NCBI GenBank assembly: GCA_977016875.1 | Contig: CDRNST010000143.1 | Span: forward strand, 3,286,001 to 3,350,000 | Direction of reading: 5' to 3' | Source of the DNA: Pavona decussata | Taxonomy: Eukaryota | DNA length: 64,000 bases | Shown here: positions 25,443 through 39,613 of the stretch, one piece after another | Layout: each line of letters starts with the position of its first letter | How positions within the stretch are numbered: the first letter of the stretch is position 1 | Made by a program: the position numbers and the translations under genes | Notes under the pieces: generated by a model | Told to the model about the DNA's origin: nothing | The model's database searches: none | What the model saw: only the letters and a program-made list of their open reading frames with translations

Positions 25443-28238
25443 ATTACTCGCAGTTACTAAAGCAAATAAAAACAAGCAAACTGTTTCCCATACAATAGAT
25501 GATTAAATGTGAAATTACTGAAATAGTTCATGATACTTAAATATTACTTTAGTGGATCTGTTCGATGTCAAAATAGTGATTATAGACCTAATGTCACATT
25601 AGAACACTCATTTTCTTGATACCATCGGGAGAATTTACTGATGGACTTGTCCTGGGAAAGCCAAACGTCAATGAATGCCTCTGAAATCGAAGAATCATTT
25701 AATCGTTCATTTCTGCTTTCAATCAGATATTTTGCTTTTAAAATTTTGTTTTTAATACTTCTCCACTATCTAAATTTAGGAGCCAAACCCATGTCATTAC
25801 AAGAGCGCTTGCTCGAACCGTAGAAAACAAGGTTCTACTAGAGGTTGGCCTTGTCGAGGAGATAATTGACTGTGTACCGAAGCTTGTCTTCGTCTGAGCT
25901 CCAAACAAAGCTGCCATGACGCGAAGTTCGAATCGTTTACTGACGAATATTCCCTCAGCACGAACCTTTCGCTAGGTTGAGAAAATGCGATTTTCCAAAA
26001 ATATATAATGGTGATTTGCTCTCTAATGTTTTTGATTGATTTCTCTCGTTATTTTAGTTAACGCGGGCGATTTCTTCCGCCCGGCGCCTTCACGTTTCCC
26101 ACCTCCTCTTTTCATGTCCCTTTGGAGACACGATCCATACTGGTTTTAACCAAATATGATAAAATAATGTCATAGGATGAACAAAAGCATACTCAGAAAC
26201 GGGTTTTCAGTAAAAAATTGAAAATCCAATAAAACACTGGGAAGATTGAAGCGGACTTCTAGATGTATTCGAGGCGTACCTTTGACTTCAAGCTGACCGA
26301 AAACTAGTGTCCAGGTCAGCGCGTCACAAAGCTGACTGTGTTCCTTTAGATGCGCATAACTTTTGGTTTAGAACTTTCGGGTCTAAGTTCTGAACACAAC
26401 GTCAATTTTCATTCTTGTTATTGTTCTAGTTTACTTGATAAAAGTCTTTGTTAAAGTTAGGAATCTTGTATTTTAAATTCTAGAAAAATCACCGAAGAAT
26501 TATTGTCCAATCGTTATGAAGTGTCGGGGCGGACATGTTGGAATAAAGTGTGTTGGTTTTGAGTCTGTGGCGGTTACTGCACTACATATACATATAATGG
26601 TTTGGCATTGCTATTCAGTAGCTTCAATCAGTTGGCAGTCAATATGGTTGAGTGAGAATCCTCAATGCCTGTTGGACAGTTAGTAGACTACAAAACCGGA
26701 TTCCGGTTATGAACCGACAGCGAACTGGGATCGACCATGTGATTCTGGCGCTTCGGCTCATGGTTGAAACAAGGTTGAACACCTTATGATGTTTATACAA
26801 CAGAAACTCATTTTGAATTTAACAGCCATGAACCTCGGGTCGTTTTCGTCCTATATCCTGATGTCCACTATACTAACGTGGGCAAGCTGACAAAAGTGGT
26901 AATTTTTAACTTATTTCATAGAGTTAGCCTTGAAAACACCTGACCAGTTTTCAAATCGGTGCTTTAAGGCCCCAAATAACCTGCGTTTAGCACCAAAACA
27001 CTACACTGTTCCCTGCCTAAATGGAACTCTATTCTCTCAGTTCTTCACTGAAAACAAGAGGCTATTACCAGCTTAAACTCGGGCCATATTTGACCGCGTG
27101 GTGCGTAAGTCTACGATCTTTTAGCAGTGATAACCTCCAGCATCGCTAACTCCACCAAATCGATAAATACAGAGATATAGTGAGGCAATAAGTAACCACC
27201 AGATACAATTCCATTACTTGCAGTCAGAATGAAATCAAGGGGAAAACAACATTTGTTAAGTAGAGTACCTTGTGCTTCAATTCCCGGGCTTAAATCCTTA
27301 CGTTTTTACCTTTGATTTGGAGACAGAAACCATTTGTTCATTGATTATGTTTCAATACTAACCGTGAGTCAGATATGTATCTGTGTGACCCCGGGTCATG
27401 ATGACGCTAAAAGATCGCAATTTCCGGTATGATCGTCGTGAAGGCCACATTCAAGTGTTCTACCCTTTCAACCAAATCTTGAACAAGAATTTCTGTTGTA
27501 GGCTACATCGGGACTATGATCATGAAGAATACTATTTCATGTAAACATCATAACGTGTCCAACCTTGTTTTGGAGTACCCATTCTAGAAACAACCTTTAA
27601 CTCATTTATCTATCATCGCTGATCATCGCTAAGTATAGGGGAATCTTTGCTGTCGTCATTATTCGCATTTTCCCTCATTGCCAAAAATCAAACAACAGGC
27701 TATAAACAAATGGACACCACAAACTAATAAAAATGTCACTGGTGGTAGTTGCTGGAAGTAGTGCTGTGAAATGTTGAATAGTCTCAGAGAAATTAGCCTT
27801 CAACAAGTGTGAAACTTTCAAAAAATGCGTGGATGGCTGGCCCAGCCATACATTCTTTTTAAAATGTTAAGTAAAAAAAAAACTATTCAATTTTCCGAAA
27901 ATTCCAAGTTTGCCAAGCTCTTTCAATTTGTGGAGACCATTTATTGGTAGCTAATTGTATCCTTTATGTTAATACAGGCTAGTGAGGCTAGGCTTGTAAA
28001 CAAAAATCTGCTTTTCAAGAGCACGCAGTGAACAAGGTCTTAAAGACTATTTATAATTTCTTTTTCTTTTTTTTTTATTAAAAGCAGAGTCATCGCTCGT
28101 TTCTGTCAAATTACAGTCATTTTATTTCACTGATGTACTAATTAAGAACATAATTAACCTTGCTTAGCTTCGTTGACAGTTCCTCATTGAAAGCTAATAC
28201 TTTATTGTAGAATTCAATTTCTGATGAAATTAATACTG

Positions 28239-28650
28239 TCATGGTTGGCATTTCGTTGGGCTGATTAAAGAACCCTCCGCATTGGATTTCACAGACTCGT
28301 AGAAATCATCCCAGATCACTACCGGACTGAACTTTCTGAACCCTTCGCATGTTTCCCTGACCTTGCCTATCTCTCCAATTGTAAGGACTCTGTCCCATAA
28401 AGCGAACCCGCTAATTTGCACCTCTTCACTCGTGCGAGAAACCGATTGGTCCACGTGATTGGCTACACCCATTAAGGTCATATATTCGCCTCCACTCCTC
28501 TCGCTTGCTCGACAGTGATAACGTCGTAGATTTTTGGGTCTTTTTATCGGGATTCCATTTCTGTAGAACCTTGCATTATTGTTATTTGCTCTCCACGATA
28601 CACATAAATGACGCCACCTGTTTAATTGAAGTCCACGAATTTCCACTTTG
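28239..28650 (-). CDS. Gene B exon 7 (pentraxin domain 2, C-half, terminal)
   Basis: WRHLCVSW...[12 protein letters not shown]...stop. Confidence 0.9.
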
Positions 28651-31600
28651 CTGTAAGAGAATGATGAAGCCAAATGTTATAAGGTCAGTGGGAGGAGGAG
28701 ACCTGGGACGAGTTGCCTAAAACTTAACGGCGGGCGTAAATGCTATCATCAGACGTTAAAATACTGAATGTGACTGGGCTGAAGGTCTGGCGTTAGCAGT
28801 TACGCCCGACGTTAAGTTTTATGCAACTCGTGCCTGGAGCGAAATTTACGAAGGCCGCCTGCAGTATATCTATCCTGAACAATAGGGAGCTTAAGCAGTG
28901 ACGACGGCAACGGCAACGAAAACGTCACCTGGAACTATAACTTTATTTCATTTGTGCTACTTCGCGATTATTTCAACTCATTCAACTTCTACAGAAATGG
29001 CGAACTATCCAGGAACCAAATTGGTTGGAGTGGCGTTCAAGTTAAGAAAGAAAATGAAAAATTCACCGTCGTGTGCTCACGTTTTCCAAAAAACCTACAA
29101 TTTGGTCATTTCACGTTGTTGTTTTGCAGAGGACAGCAAAGAAATGTACCAAAATGTAAGACGCACATACAGAGCGATTATTTTTTGCTCGTTAAACCTA
29201 TTGTTTTGTGGCGTTGTCGTTGTCGTCGCTGTCGTCGTTGCGGAGTAAGGGCTTGAAAGCTGGTGCAGACTGCTTTCAAGCCAGTGTGCTTGTTGAAACT
29301 TTAGGGGCTGATCGCCAAGCATGCGCAGTAGCCTGCTACATAACTCAGTGTTGGGCCTAACTTTCGATAGGTGACTGCATGTTACGTTTCAAGAGCACAG
29401 GGGTGGGAAACGGAGGGTTATGACACTTTTAACTCAGTTGAATTTCTTTTGTTTCCTAGGCTATAGTGAAAGGCGGCATAGTTTGGGCCAAGATCTCCAG
29501 TCAGATGCCTGGCCTGAATAATGGATGGGCTTATGCTGACACAAAGCCTAGGTGCATGGCTCAGTGAAGGTGGGTGACTGGCAGCTGTCCGTCAAAAGTA
29601 CAGTGGGGAGAAGGGGAGTGATACTGGCTACAGGTGAAGTTTGGGCCTTTTACAGTTTGAGGGCAGGTGCATTTTTGCAAATCCAACCTCTTCATATGAG
29701 CCCGTTGACCGCGGGCTCGCCCGGTTAGCGGGGCGAATTTGGTCTTTTTTTTTTTTTCATTTGCCTATGGAAAGTTTCATCCCGGTTACAGAGACGAAAA
29801 AGATGCCGGATTCTTTGCTTTGGCCTTCACGTCCTTTGAACGTCTGTCGAAATCATACGGCAACTGTAAAGCACCCACAGCTCTGAACATAAATGCATCG
29901 TGTACATAAGGTTTTGCCAACCCCACTTACAGTTCTTGGTACTGAATTTGTTTATCGGCGTCGAAATCAAGACTTTTATAGGCCATTTTTGGGAAGTCCT
30001 GGTAACGGGCTGGAGTTTATATATGGAAAATATCGTCAGTCCGTTTACAGAGATCTCGGTTGCAAATCCAAACATCTCAGTAACGAAACTAACCGCCTTC
30101 TCATCAACACATGGAAAGTTTTACAAAGGAAATGCAGATGAGACGAGATCTTGGAAACCGGGCTTATATGAAGAGACCATGAGCTATACATGTAGCTTGA
30201 GCATAAGCACTGCCTTCAGTGATGAATTCGCAAAACAAATCAATGAAATCATGGACGATGATGTCATAATATCGATATGGAAATTGATATCGAAAAGAAT
30301 GTCAGATATCGGTAAATTGCTTACTCATATCAGATCGATTTGAAAAACTGGCATCGGCCAACCCTCAGTAGACATAACGTAAGTATCCATCCACAATCAT
30401 CACGATTACCTGAAGCAATCCAGGGACGGGATTTCACACGGCTTAATCACCATATACATGTATTCCTTACCACTTTTCGTTCTCGGGCACCCCAGGCTTC
30501 ATCCAGAAGATCTTAAAAATGTATCTGTACATAGCTTTTTTCTTCAATTTACCAGGAAAGGTAAGTCTGAGACCAAAACCGTTGTTCTGCACACTTGATT
30601 TGTATTCCACGAGCGTAAAATCCGTAAATTGCCCACTAGTTAACTTCACCCAAATGCACATGGTCATTTCTGAGAGCCGTTCAGGGACTTTAATGGTCTT
30701 AGCCTGGTCACGTTGAATCAATTGGTTGTTAAGTCGAACGTCAAAAGTAATAGCTGAAGAGAGAAAAAAAAAGACATATGGTACACAGCTTAAGGACGGT
30801 GTCTCCTTTTGCTATTGCGCATACATTCTGCGCATCTGCGAGAAAGTCGAGTTTCTATTGGCGGTGCCTGTTAAAACAGAGATATTTTTGCGCGGCTTAT
30901 AACTTCGCGGGAAATGCAGATCTTGGCACGGGTTATTGGAATCCGAAAAGAAGGGTAGGTAGGGGTAAGCGCGCATTTTCCGTCTCACAACCCTTGTTTG
31001 TATATAACTCTGTGGGACGTTAAAGAACCCACTCACTGTTCGCAAAGAGTAGGGGACGTAGTTCCCGGTGTTGTGGTCTGTTCTTTGTGTGTATACTCTC
31101 ATGGTGGGCGCATTTCATCATCACGTCATGTTAAAATGCGCGTTACAAGTTACAAGTATTCGGTATTCAGTATTCGGATATTTAAGCTGGAATTTGAAAA
31201 AAAAAATGCCCATTGTATTGTGTTTTGGCACTTTCTAGAATTATTGTTGCTTAATTATCTCAAAAATAAAATGCGCGGTTACCCGCCAATTTTCTTTTTG
31301 GGTTCCAATAGTCCTTGCTAAGATCTGCTTTTCCCACATAGTGATAAGCCGCGCAAAAATACTTCGGTAAACTAAAATAGAAATATCCTTAATGTTTGTT
31401 ATGTCATAGTTACGCGTGAAAATTAATGAATAGAGACAAGCATGAGCGATGAACAATAAGGCGTTTGATTGACAGTGAGGCACGAGATTCGACTTTGTAT
31501 CATGCATTACGACATACGACCGCCGACCGGTTGGCTCAGTTGGTAGAGCACCGGGCTCCCGTGCAGGAGGTCGCGGGTTCAAACCCCGGCCGGACCAACA

Positions 31601-34600
31601 CTCAGGGTCCTTAAATTAATTAAGGAGAATAGTGTTGCCTTTGTAATGACATATCTGCAAATGGTTAGACTTTCTAGTCTTCTCGGATAAGGACGATAAA
31701 TCGTAGGTCCCGTCTCACAACTCTTGTTCATAATAACTTTGTGGGACGTTTAAGAACCCACACACTGTTCGCAAGAGTAGGGGACGTAGTTCCCGGTGTT
31801 GTGTTCTTGCCTTCTATCTTTCACACTCATGCTTGCATGGGTTGAGTGGGTGGGTGAGATCTAATATGGACCGATAGCGCCTGCCAGAGGCGCCTTCACA
31901 TGCTGACGTCCGATCTCACCCCATAGAATTGTAAACCGCCCTGAGACTTGGTGATATGTGCGGTATATAAGAATTCATTCATCATCATCATCATCTTGCT
32001 CAAGTAAGAACCAAGAATATATGCGGGGAATTATCTGGTGTCTCCTGATAGTAGTTTCTAGATAATCTGATACTTGACAATATCCAACAAATTCAGGGCA
32101 CCTCTTCATGTTATTTTGTGAGTACGACTGCAAAGTAGAAAATATCATCCAGAAGTCACTTTCTTCGTGACCCGCTCGAATATTACCGAATTTGTTAGAG
32201 GCTGTATTGTCCCATCAGCGTAAGCAAGTCATAACTACCGAATGTTCGAGACGGGTGACTTTTCCATTCCTATAAGGGAAAATTTAATTCTCGCTGCCCG
32301 ATCGGACAAAAGCAGCTGCAAAACTCTGTGCTATATGTTTGACTTTTGCCTGTTCGGTTACATTAGCCGAAATGGTCCTCTACAATCGTTTACGTTCTTG
32401 GGCACATTCTTCCTTCAAAAGTAAGTAGCTCAACGGTTTCCAGCATTTCCCCCAAGTTACAGTTTGATCGATCACCACCACCACTCTTTATCAGTGTATA
32501 CTACAATAATGGAATCAAACAAATGTCCAATTATTGAGAAACAAGTTATAATTTTTTCTCTCGATTTTAAAGGTTGCCATAGTAACCACATAAGCTGTTA
32601 AATGCAGCTCTAAATTTAGCTTTAGTTTATTGTTAACTCGAAAACTATATCAGTGATCCCGATATTTTTATTCTGGAACTGTAATCACCATGTTCAGCCG
32701 CAACGTTTTGCCAATTTTAAGAAAAAATGTAGGAAGGGGTTCAGAACCACTTTAAGTTATCGAAAATTTAAGGTGGCTCTGAATCCTTCCGAACATATTT
32801 TCTTTTAATAAAAAAAGATTTGCAAAAAGTTGCGTCTTGACGTGTTAATTACAATTCGACAGTAACTAGTATGGGTCACCGAGCTCGTGTTTGAGTTATA
32901 ATCATTTAAAGGGAACCTCCACTCTTACAACAAATTGACGGGTAAGCGTTGGAAATACAGTCGAACCTCCCTTTGCGACCACCTCTCGTAAGCGACCACC
33001 TCTCATTAGCGACCACTTTTCCAAAATACCAAAAGTTTTCAAGTCAAATCACTATAGATGGAACCTCTCGCAGGCGACCACCTCTCGTAAGCGACCACCT
33101 CCCGTAAGCGACCACTTTCAGAGATGATTATTTAAAACTTCCAATTGTTTTTAACCTCCCGTAGGCGACCACTTGACACACAATCTGCTGTTTCTCTCAC
33201 GGGCGAAAATTGACTGTAACATATTGGGCCACATCATTACAGCGGATGCCGTATTTATAGCCGGAGCTACCGGAAGTGTCTCCCGACATTGAAACAAATG
33301 ATAACATATACATGCACTATAGTGTACACCGAAATAAACTTTAATCAGGTTGAATCCCTATAGGAAAGAAACTTTCTTATCTTGCAAATAGCATACATGT
33401 ACATGCACGACCGGTGATGACTCTCTCAACCTTGTATTATCCAACAGAAAAATTGTGGCGATAAAGAACGTCAACTGGATTATGTAACAAACAAACAAAC
33501 GCCAAAGTTGTTGATGTGTTACGCTTGAAATGTAACATTGCAAACATGCCGTTTACTGTTTGCTCCTAAATCAGGCAGTCTAAAGAAAAGTTTTTACTTT
33601 GGGTTTAGATAAGCACTGGCAAAAGGGTTAGGTGTCCGCAATTACCATATGTAAATTACCCGAAATTTAACCCCCCCCCCCCCCCCCTGTGGCCTGACCT
33701 CTGGTAAGCGACCACCTCCCGTAAGCGACCACATATCCTTGACATTATGGGTGGTCGCTTACGGGAGGTTTGACTGTAGTGTCTAAATTCTAAATATTTG
33801 TCTAAAACGTAGAAATGACATTCAAGTGTGTTAAAAACTAGATATGATTATCGGCAACTTTCGCTTTTATATTTCCTGGGTGCAGCCATTTTGAATTTGA
33901 TGACGTGTAATGGTTGCCGCTATTGTAATTCAGCAGAAGTTCTTTTGTGTAAAACAATTGAGCAACCTTATTACGTCATGAAATCCAAGATGGCGGCGCG
34001 CGGGAAATTTAAAAACGAAAATAGCCGATAATCAAATTATGTTTTTTTCGACACTGAAATATTATTTCCATGATTTCCAATGAAATTCCAAAGAAAATTG
34101 AATTTTCAATAATGTAACGTTAACATGTTTCGAAAGTGGAGGTTTCCTTTAAAGCTAAAATAATGTTGTGGTAACATACAAAGTCGAGAAAACTATGACT
34201 TGTTCACCAATGATTAGGCATTTGTTTGACATTATGTTACTGCGCAGATGTTTTGGCATCTCGAGATACTCGTGTTTCCTATGGTTGGAAACAGGGGTAT
34301 TTTTGCGCGGGTTAAAACTATGCGGAGAAAGCAGAACTTAGCAAGTGCTCTTGGTATTTAAAAAGAAAATTGGGGGTAGCCATTCATTTTTCAGAAATAA
34401 CTGACATTGCTTTGTATTTTAGCACTTTTTAGATTTATTGTTTCTTAATTATCTCTAAGAAATGTGTGGTTACCCCCAATTTTCTTTTTGGATTCCAATA
34501 GCCCTTGCTAAGATCTACTTTTCCCGCAAAGTAATAAACTGCGCAAAAATGCCTCTGTTTTAGTAGGCACCGTCCTTAACTGATCAAAAGTGGTAGTCAA

Positions 34601-37600
34601 AGTTTAAGTGCTGGAAACCGGTGCCAGCCACCTTAAAAAACGGCCAATAAACACATTTTTGGAACGTTGTTACCGTTCTCTTTGACATTAAGCACTTACC
34701 ACCTTTCCAAGAGACCTAATGCCTCACAGCTTAACTAAGTGAAGGCCCCACATATAAACATAACTGTTGTCGTTGTTGTTGGTGGTGGTGGTGTTGGTGG
34801 TGGATTGGTTGGTCACTGGGGTTATGGTCTAAATCCACGTTCTTCCTTGTCCGAATGGATGAGTGTAATTGAAAAAAAGATTCTTGTCCTTGTCCATGTG
34901 GTAAGTCACAATTATTGGTCAGAACATGTACATTTACATAACGTCAGCTTACTATAAAAAGCATCGTTAAAACGATAATGCAAAACAGAACTTAAATGGT
35001 TATTGGCATCTTACGACATTCCTGTGTGTTGCACCACTGTGTTTCTTTATCAGGTCCCTGGCTGCTGCAGCCTCCAGCTCCAGACGGCGGGGGGTTTGTA
35101 CAAGTTCTTGTGCGTGTTTGGAATCCTCCCCCACAAGAAACACTGCATCCACTAAACGCTGACCATTGAGAGTAACCGCCGTCCAACGCTATAAGGTAGG
35201 AAAAAGTTGTCAATACATCCATTTTTGTTGTTTAAGGTGGCTTAATACAGTTTCCAGCACTTCACATCACTTATACTTTGACAGATCAATATACTACCAT
35301 CCTTTATCAACTAATACAACAATAATGGTATCAGGCAAATGCCTAATCATTGGCAAACAAGTTAGGGTCACAATAAGTTACCATGGCAACAAAATAACCT
35401 GTTAAAAACAGCCCCAATTTTAGCTTTAAGGACGGTGCCTAGTAACACAAAGTTATTTTTGCGCAGTTTATGACTATGCAGGAAAAGTGGATTATAGCAA
35501 GGACTATCGGAATCCTAAAAGAAAATTGGTGGTAGCCACGCATTTTAGATAATTAAGCAACAATAATTTTAAAAGGTGCTAAATTACAAAGCAATGTCGG
35601 GCATTTTTTTCCCAAATTGAAGCTTTTAATTATTATCTCTGAAAAATACATGCTTTCTGATAATAAAAGGTTTCGTGAAGCACTTTACAACAAAAATGAG
35701 CGATTGTCTTAGGCAATCCATAGAGATTCAGTAGTCCGCAGAATTCTTCCCAAACACATTGCTGATTTACTGTGTCCAAAAGGAACCAGATTAGCTCATC
35801 TCTATGGATTGCGTAAGACACACAAAAAGCATCTGGCCATGCGACCAATTCTTTCTGCAACAGGGACTTACAACTACGCCCTAGCAAAATGGCCACATGA
35901 GAAGTTAAAGCCCTTCTCAACTAACAAATACACGATGTCCGATATCTTTGAGTTTGCTCAGCAAATCCAACATCTTCAAGTCAACGAAAATGATATCTTT
36001 GTATCGTATGACGTTTCTGTATTATTCACAAGTGTCCCCTTGGAAGAAACGATCCAGATTCTCGCTAACAAAGCCTTTGCCCAGAACTGGTTAACGAAAC
36101 GCATCAGTTAAACATCACCCAGGATGATCTTGTTGAACTATTGAGGATCGGGTTGCTACAAAACATCAACTTTTTCAGTTTAATGGACATCTTTATGAAC
36201 AAATTGACGGAGTTGCCAGGGGCTCGCCCTTAGCCCCACTTATGGCGAATGTTTTCATGTGCTCTATCGAAGAGAAACTGGAAAGCAAAAACAAATTGCC
36301 TTCTTTCTACAGAAGATACGTGGATGATACCTTGGCCACGGCACCCGATATTCCATCTACTGAAGCCTTTCTTACAACGCTGAATGATAGAAACAGTCAC
36401 CAAAAACAAGCTACCCTTCGTTGGAATGGAAATTGAAATGAAAGGAAATCAACTAGCAACAAGCGTCCACAGAAAAACGACCAACAAAGGTCTCTTACTG
36501 CACTATCAAAGTCATGTTGACAATAAGTATTAACACTCACTCTTAAAAACAATGTTAATTCGCGCACACCGCCTTTCAGCTTCTCCGGATCTTTTTACTG
36601 ATAAATGTAACAACCTGAACTCAATGTTCCTGAAATTGAAGTATCCTCCGTGACTTATTGAATCGACCATCAGCAGTTTCATCCGTTCACAAGATCAAGT
36701 CGAACCACAACCCGAAATCCTACTAGATCATCCCATTACAATTGTCTTACCATTCAACTTTGATCAGAGTTCGGCCGACGCTGTACGAAAAGATCACAGC
36801 GAGCAAGAAAAATGGAAGTGATTTGCGCCCAGTGTTTACTAGCACAAAAATTATTGATGATATCAGGAGGCTCCTGATGATATCAAAGTGGTGGAGGCCA
36901 AACATCCCCTGATTAACCAACACTGCGTTGTTTATAAATTTTCATGTGATCTGTGCGATACAGATTATGTGGGATATACATCCCGACATCCCTTTCAACG
37001 CATCACTGAACGTAACCATTCTGCTATTGGTAAACACCTGAAAGAAGAACACAAGCTGCAAGCAACTAATCTACAAGACCAGTTTATCGTTCTAAAGAAA
37101 TGCCGCACAAAGTTTGACTGCCTGACCTATGAGGTGCTGTTTAACAGCAACATAAGGATTCAGTTCGCGCCAAACTTTTTACATAACAATTGAATGCTTT
37201 AACTCCCTTGTTTATTCCCTAAATATTTTCACACTTTTGTTTACTATATATATGATTAATTTTACCCTGTACTTCGAACTTGATAATGATGACATGGAGT
37301 CATCGAAACGTCGTTCACTCTTTAAATACATGCTTACCTCCAATTTTCTCTTTGGATACCAAGAGCACTTGCTAAGTTCTGCTTTCTCCGCATACTTAAT
37401 TAGTCTTAAGCCGCGCAAAAATATCCTTGTATTACTAGACACCACCCAAAGGAAACCCGAGTTTCTCCAGATGCGCAGAACGTATGCCCAGTAACAAAAG
37501 TAGGCACCGTCCCTAAGTGATTATAACTCAGAAACGAGCTTGTTGACCTCCATTTTAATTATGGAACTTTAATCAGCGTGTTCAGATCCAACTTTTTGCA

Positions 37601-38010
37601 AAACTTAAGACGTCTGTAGTTAGGGATTCAAAGCCGTCTTAAATTTTCGAAAATGTAAGATGGTTCTTTTTAACAGGCTATTATCTTGCTATGGTAGCCG
37701 ATTATGACCATAAGTTGTGCACCAATGACTAGGCATTTGCTTGATACCATTATTTTATATCAATTGATGAAGGGTGGTAGTACTGATCCATCAAAGTATA
37801 AGCGCTGGAAAGTGCTGGAAACCGGTGCCAGCCACCTTCATATCAAGTAAGTTAACGTGTAAAAGGAAGATGTAACGTACTATGTGTAAATATGGTTCAC
37901 CGGCCAGGACGCGAACCCTGGTCTCCTGCATTTAAGGACAGTGCCTACTTTTGCTATTGCGCATACGTTCTGCGCATCTCAAGATACTCGGGTTTCCTAT
38001 CGGTGGTGTC

Positions 38011-38048
<38 letters not shown>

Positions 38049-39581
38049 GCGGAGAAAGCAGAACTTAACAAGTGCTCTTGGTATTGAGGGTAACCATGCA
38101 TTTTTAAGAGACAATAAAACTTCAATTTGGAAAAAAAAAACAGCCATATATTGCTTTTTATTTTACGCCTTTTTAGAATTATTGTTGCTTAATTATGTCT
38201 AAAAATTGCGTAGTGACCCCCAATTTTCTTTTCGGATTCCAACAGCCCTTGCCAGCCGTTTTCCCGCACAGTCATAAACCGCGCAAAAATACTTCTGTTT
38301 TAGTAGGCACCGTCCTTAAAATGGGTTATTCCAGGAAGGGTTAGGGATAGGCTATTCCAAATCAATGTCTTCACTTCCATCCTCATCAATTACGCCAAAT
38401 TCTCTAAAAATGGACGCTTATTGGGCAAGAGGCACTTTAGCAATGGGATTGGTTATCAGTATTGGCGTACTTGTAATGAGCTTCTGAAGTTGGGCCTGTT
38501 TAGAAAGATGACGCTTTCAGAAAGAAATGTGCTTAATCAACTCATTATGCCCGCGGAAGGACCTTGAAAAGCGACGGACCATGAAACCGTAATCAAGAGA
38601 GTAATAAAGAAATGAAAATAAAATAAAAGAAGTGAGAAGAAACATAGGAAAGGAAAACTTGGAACAGAGATGTTGAGGTAGAGGGTAGGGAAAATGGCTA
38701 GGAATACTTTGAAGAGGATAAAAGGAATCTTATCAAATCACGACGTTAACGCCAACGAAAACGTCACTTAGAAATAAATATTCACGTCATTTGATTTACT
38801 TTGTGATTATTCCAATCCGTTCAGCTTGCACAATGCGAACGAATTATCCAGGAACATAATTTAAAAATTCACTGCTGTGTACCCACGTTCTCCTGAAAAC
38901 TTTGAATTTGATTAATACGCGCTACTGTCTTGCATAGGACGTTGAAGAAATGTACTTTTTTTAAACGGGCGTGCAGAACCACTGTTTACCTTATTAAACC
39001 GTTTGTGTTGCCCGTCGTTGTTGTGCGTGATAAGGTTCCTATCATTAAACTAGGTTAGTCACAGTAAGAATCTGAAGGCTTAAGGGAAGTGACAAGGCTT
39101 GACTAACTTCCAAAGTGCAATGCTTTGACATGAAATTTCCCTCTTGCAAAATAACCCCGATAAAAAATATTAGAATTGTCGACAACACTTACTTCTAGGG
39201 ACCTGACACTGGGAAGGCGTCCTTAGCACTGGTTTAAACGCGATATCTCCCCCGCATGCGTCGTTAAAGTCTCGCCAATGTACAAGAGGCTGTCCCATTC
39301 CTCCTCCGTTGCATTTTTTAGCTTCATTAATAATATGGGATTCGGCTAGCTCTCTGTTCCATAGATAAAAACCTGTCATTTCAACATCGGTTCCTTTTCT
39401 ATTTCCGCCTCCAAGTTGCAATGATTTTCCCGCGGGTAATGCTCCACCATCGCAGACTTGATAATCAAGCTGTATTCCATTCAGGTAATATCTTGTAATG
39501 CCTATTCCTCTGTCCCGTACAAAACAGACATGGTTCCAGTCTGGACTGTCCATAAGTCGCTCGACGTCAAATTCGCTAAAA

Positions 39582-39613
<32 letters not shown>

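Larger units (their letters stand above)
32420..34631. mobile_element. GGTGGC-family TTAA MITE (Kolobok-like) carrying nested elements
   Basis: Right end GCTGGAAACCGGTGCCAGCCACC+TTAA; degenerate left end (CGGTTTCCAGCA) near 32430; body resembles 35236-37836. Confidence 0.6.
35236..37836. mobile_element. GGTGGC-family TTAA MITE (Kolobok-like), outer element of a nest
   Basis: TTAA-GGTGGC...TTTCCAGCACTT left end; AAGTGCTGGAAA...GCCACC-TTCA right end; long imperfect inverted arms. Confidence 0.75.

Noticed and set aside
31522-31600. tRNA gene
   Set aside because: The tRNA-like head runs into a repeated SINE body with a (CAT)n tail and has no poly-T terminator; the same applies to 21835-21907.
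32958-33776. CRISPR-like array of TAAGCGACCAC repeats (also TAACTCGAA at 46574-47077)
   Set aside because: Irregular spacing, enclosed by TIRs with TA TSDs, eukaryotic context and no cas genes; these are subterminal repeats of MITEs.
34700-34830. Extra Pro/Thr-rich linker exon after TSP1 in gene B
   Set aside because: The CCA/ACA run on the minus strand has no convincing phase-1 splice pair and no counterpart in gene A; exons 5 and 6 already join in frame.
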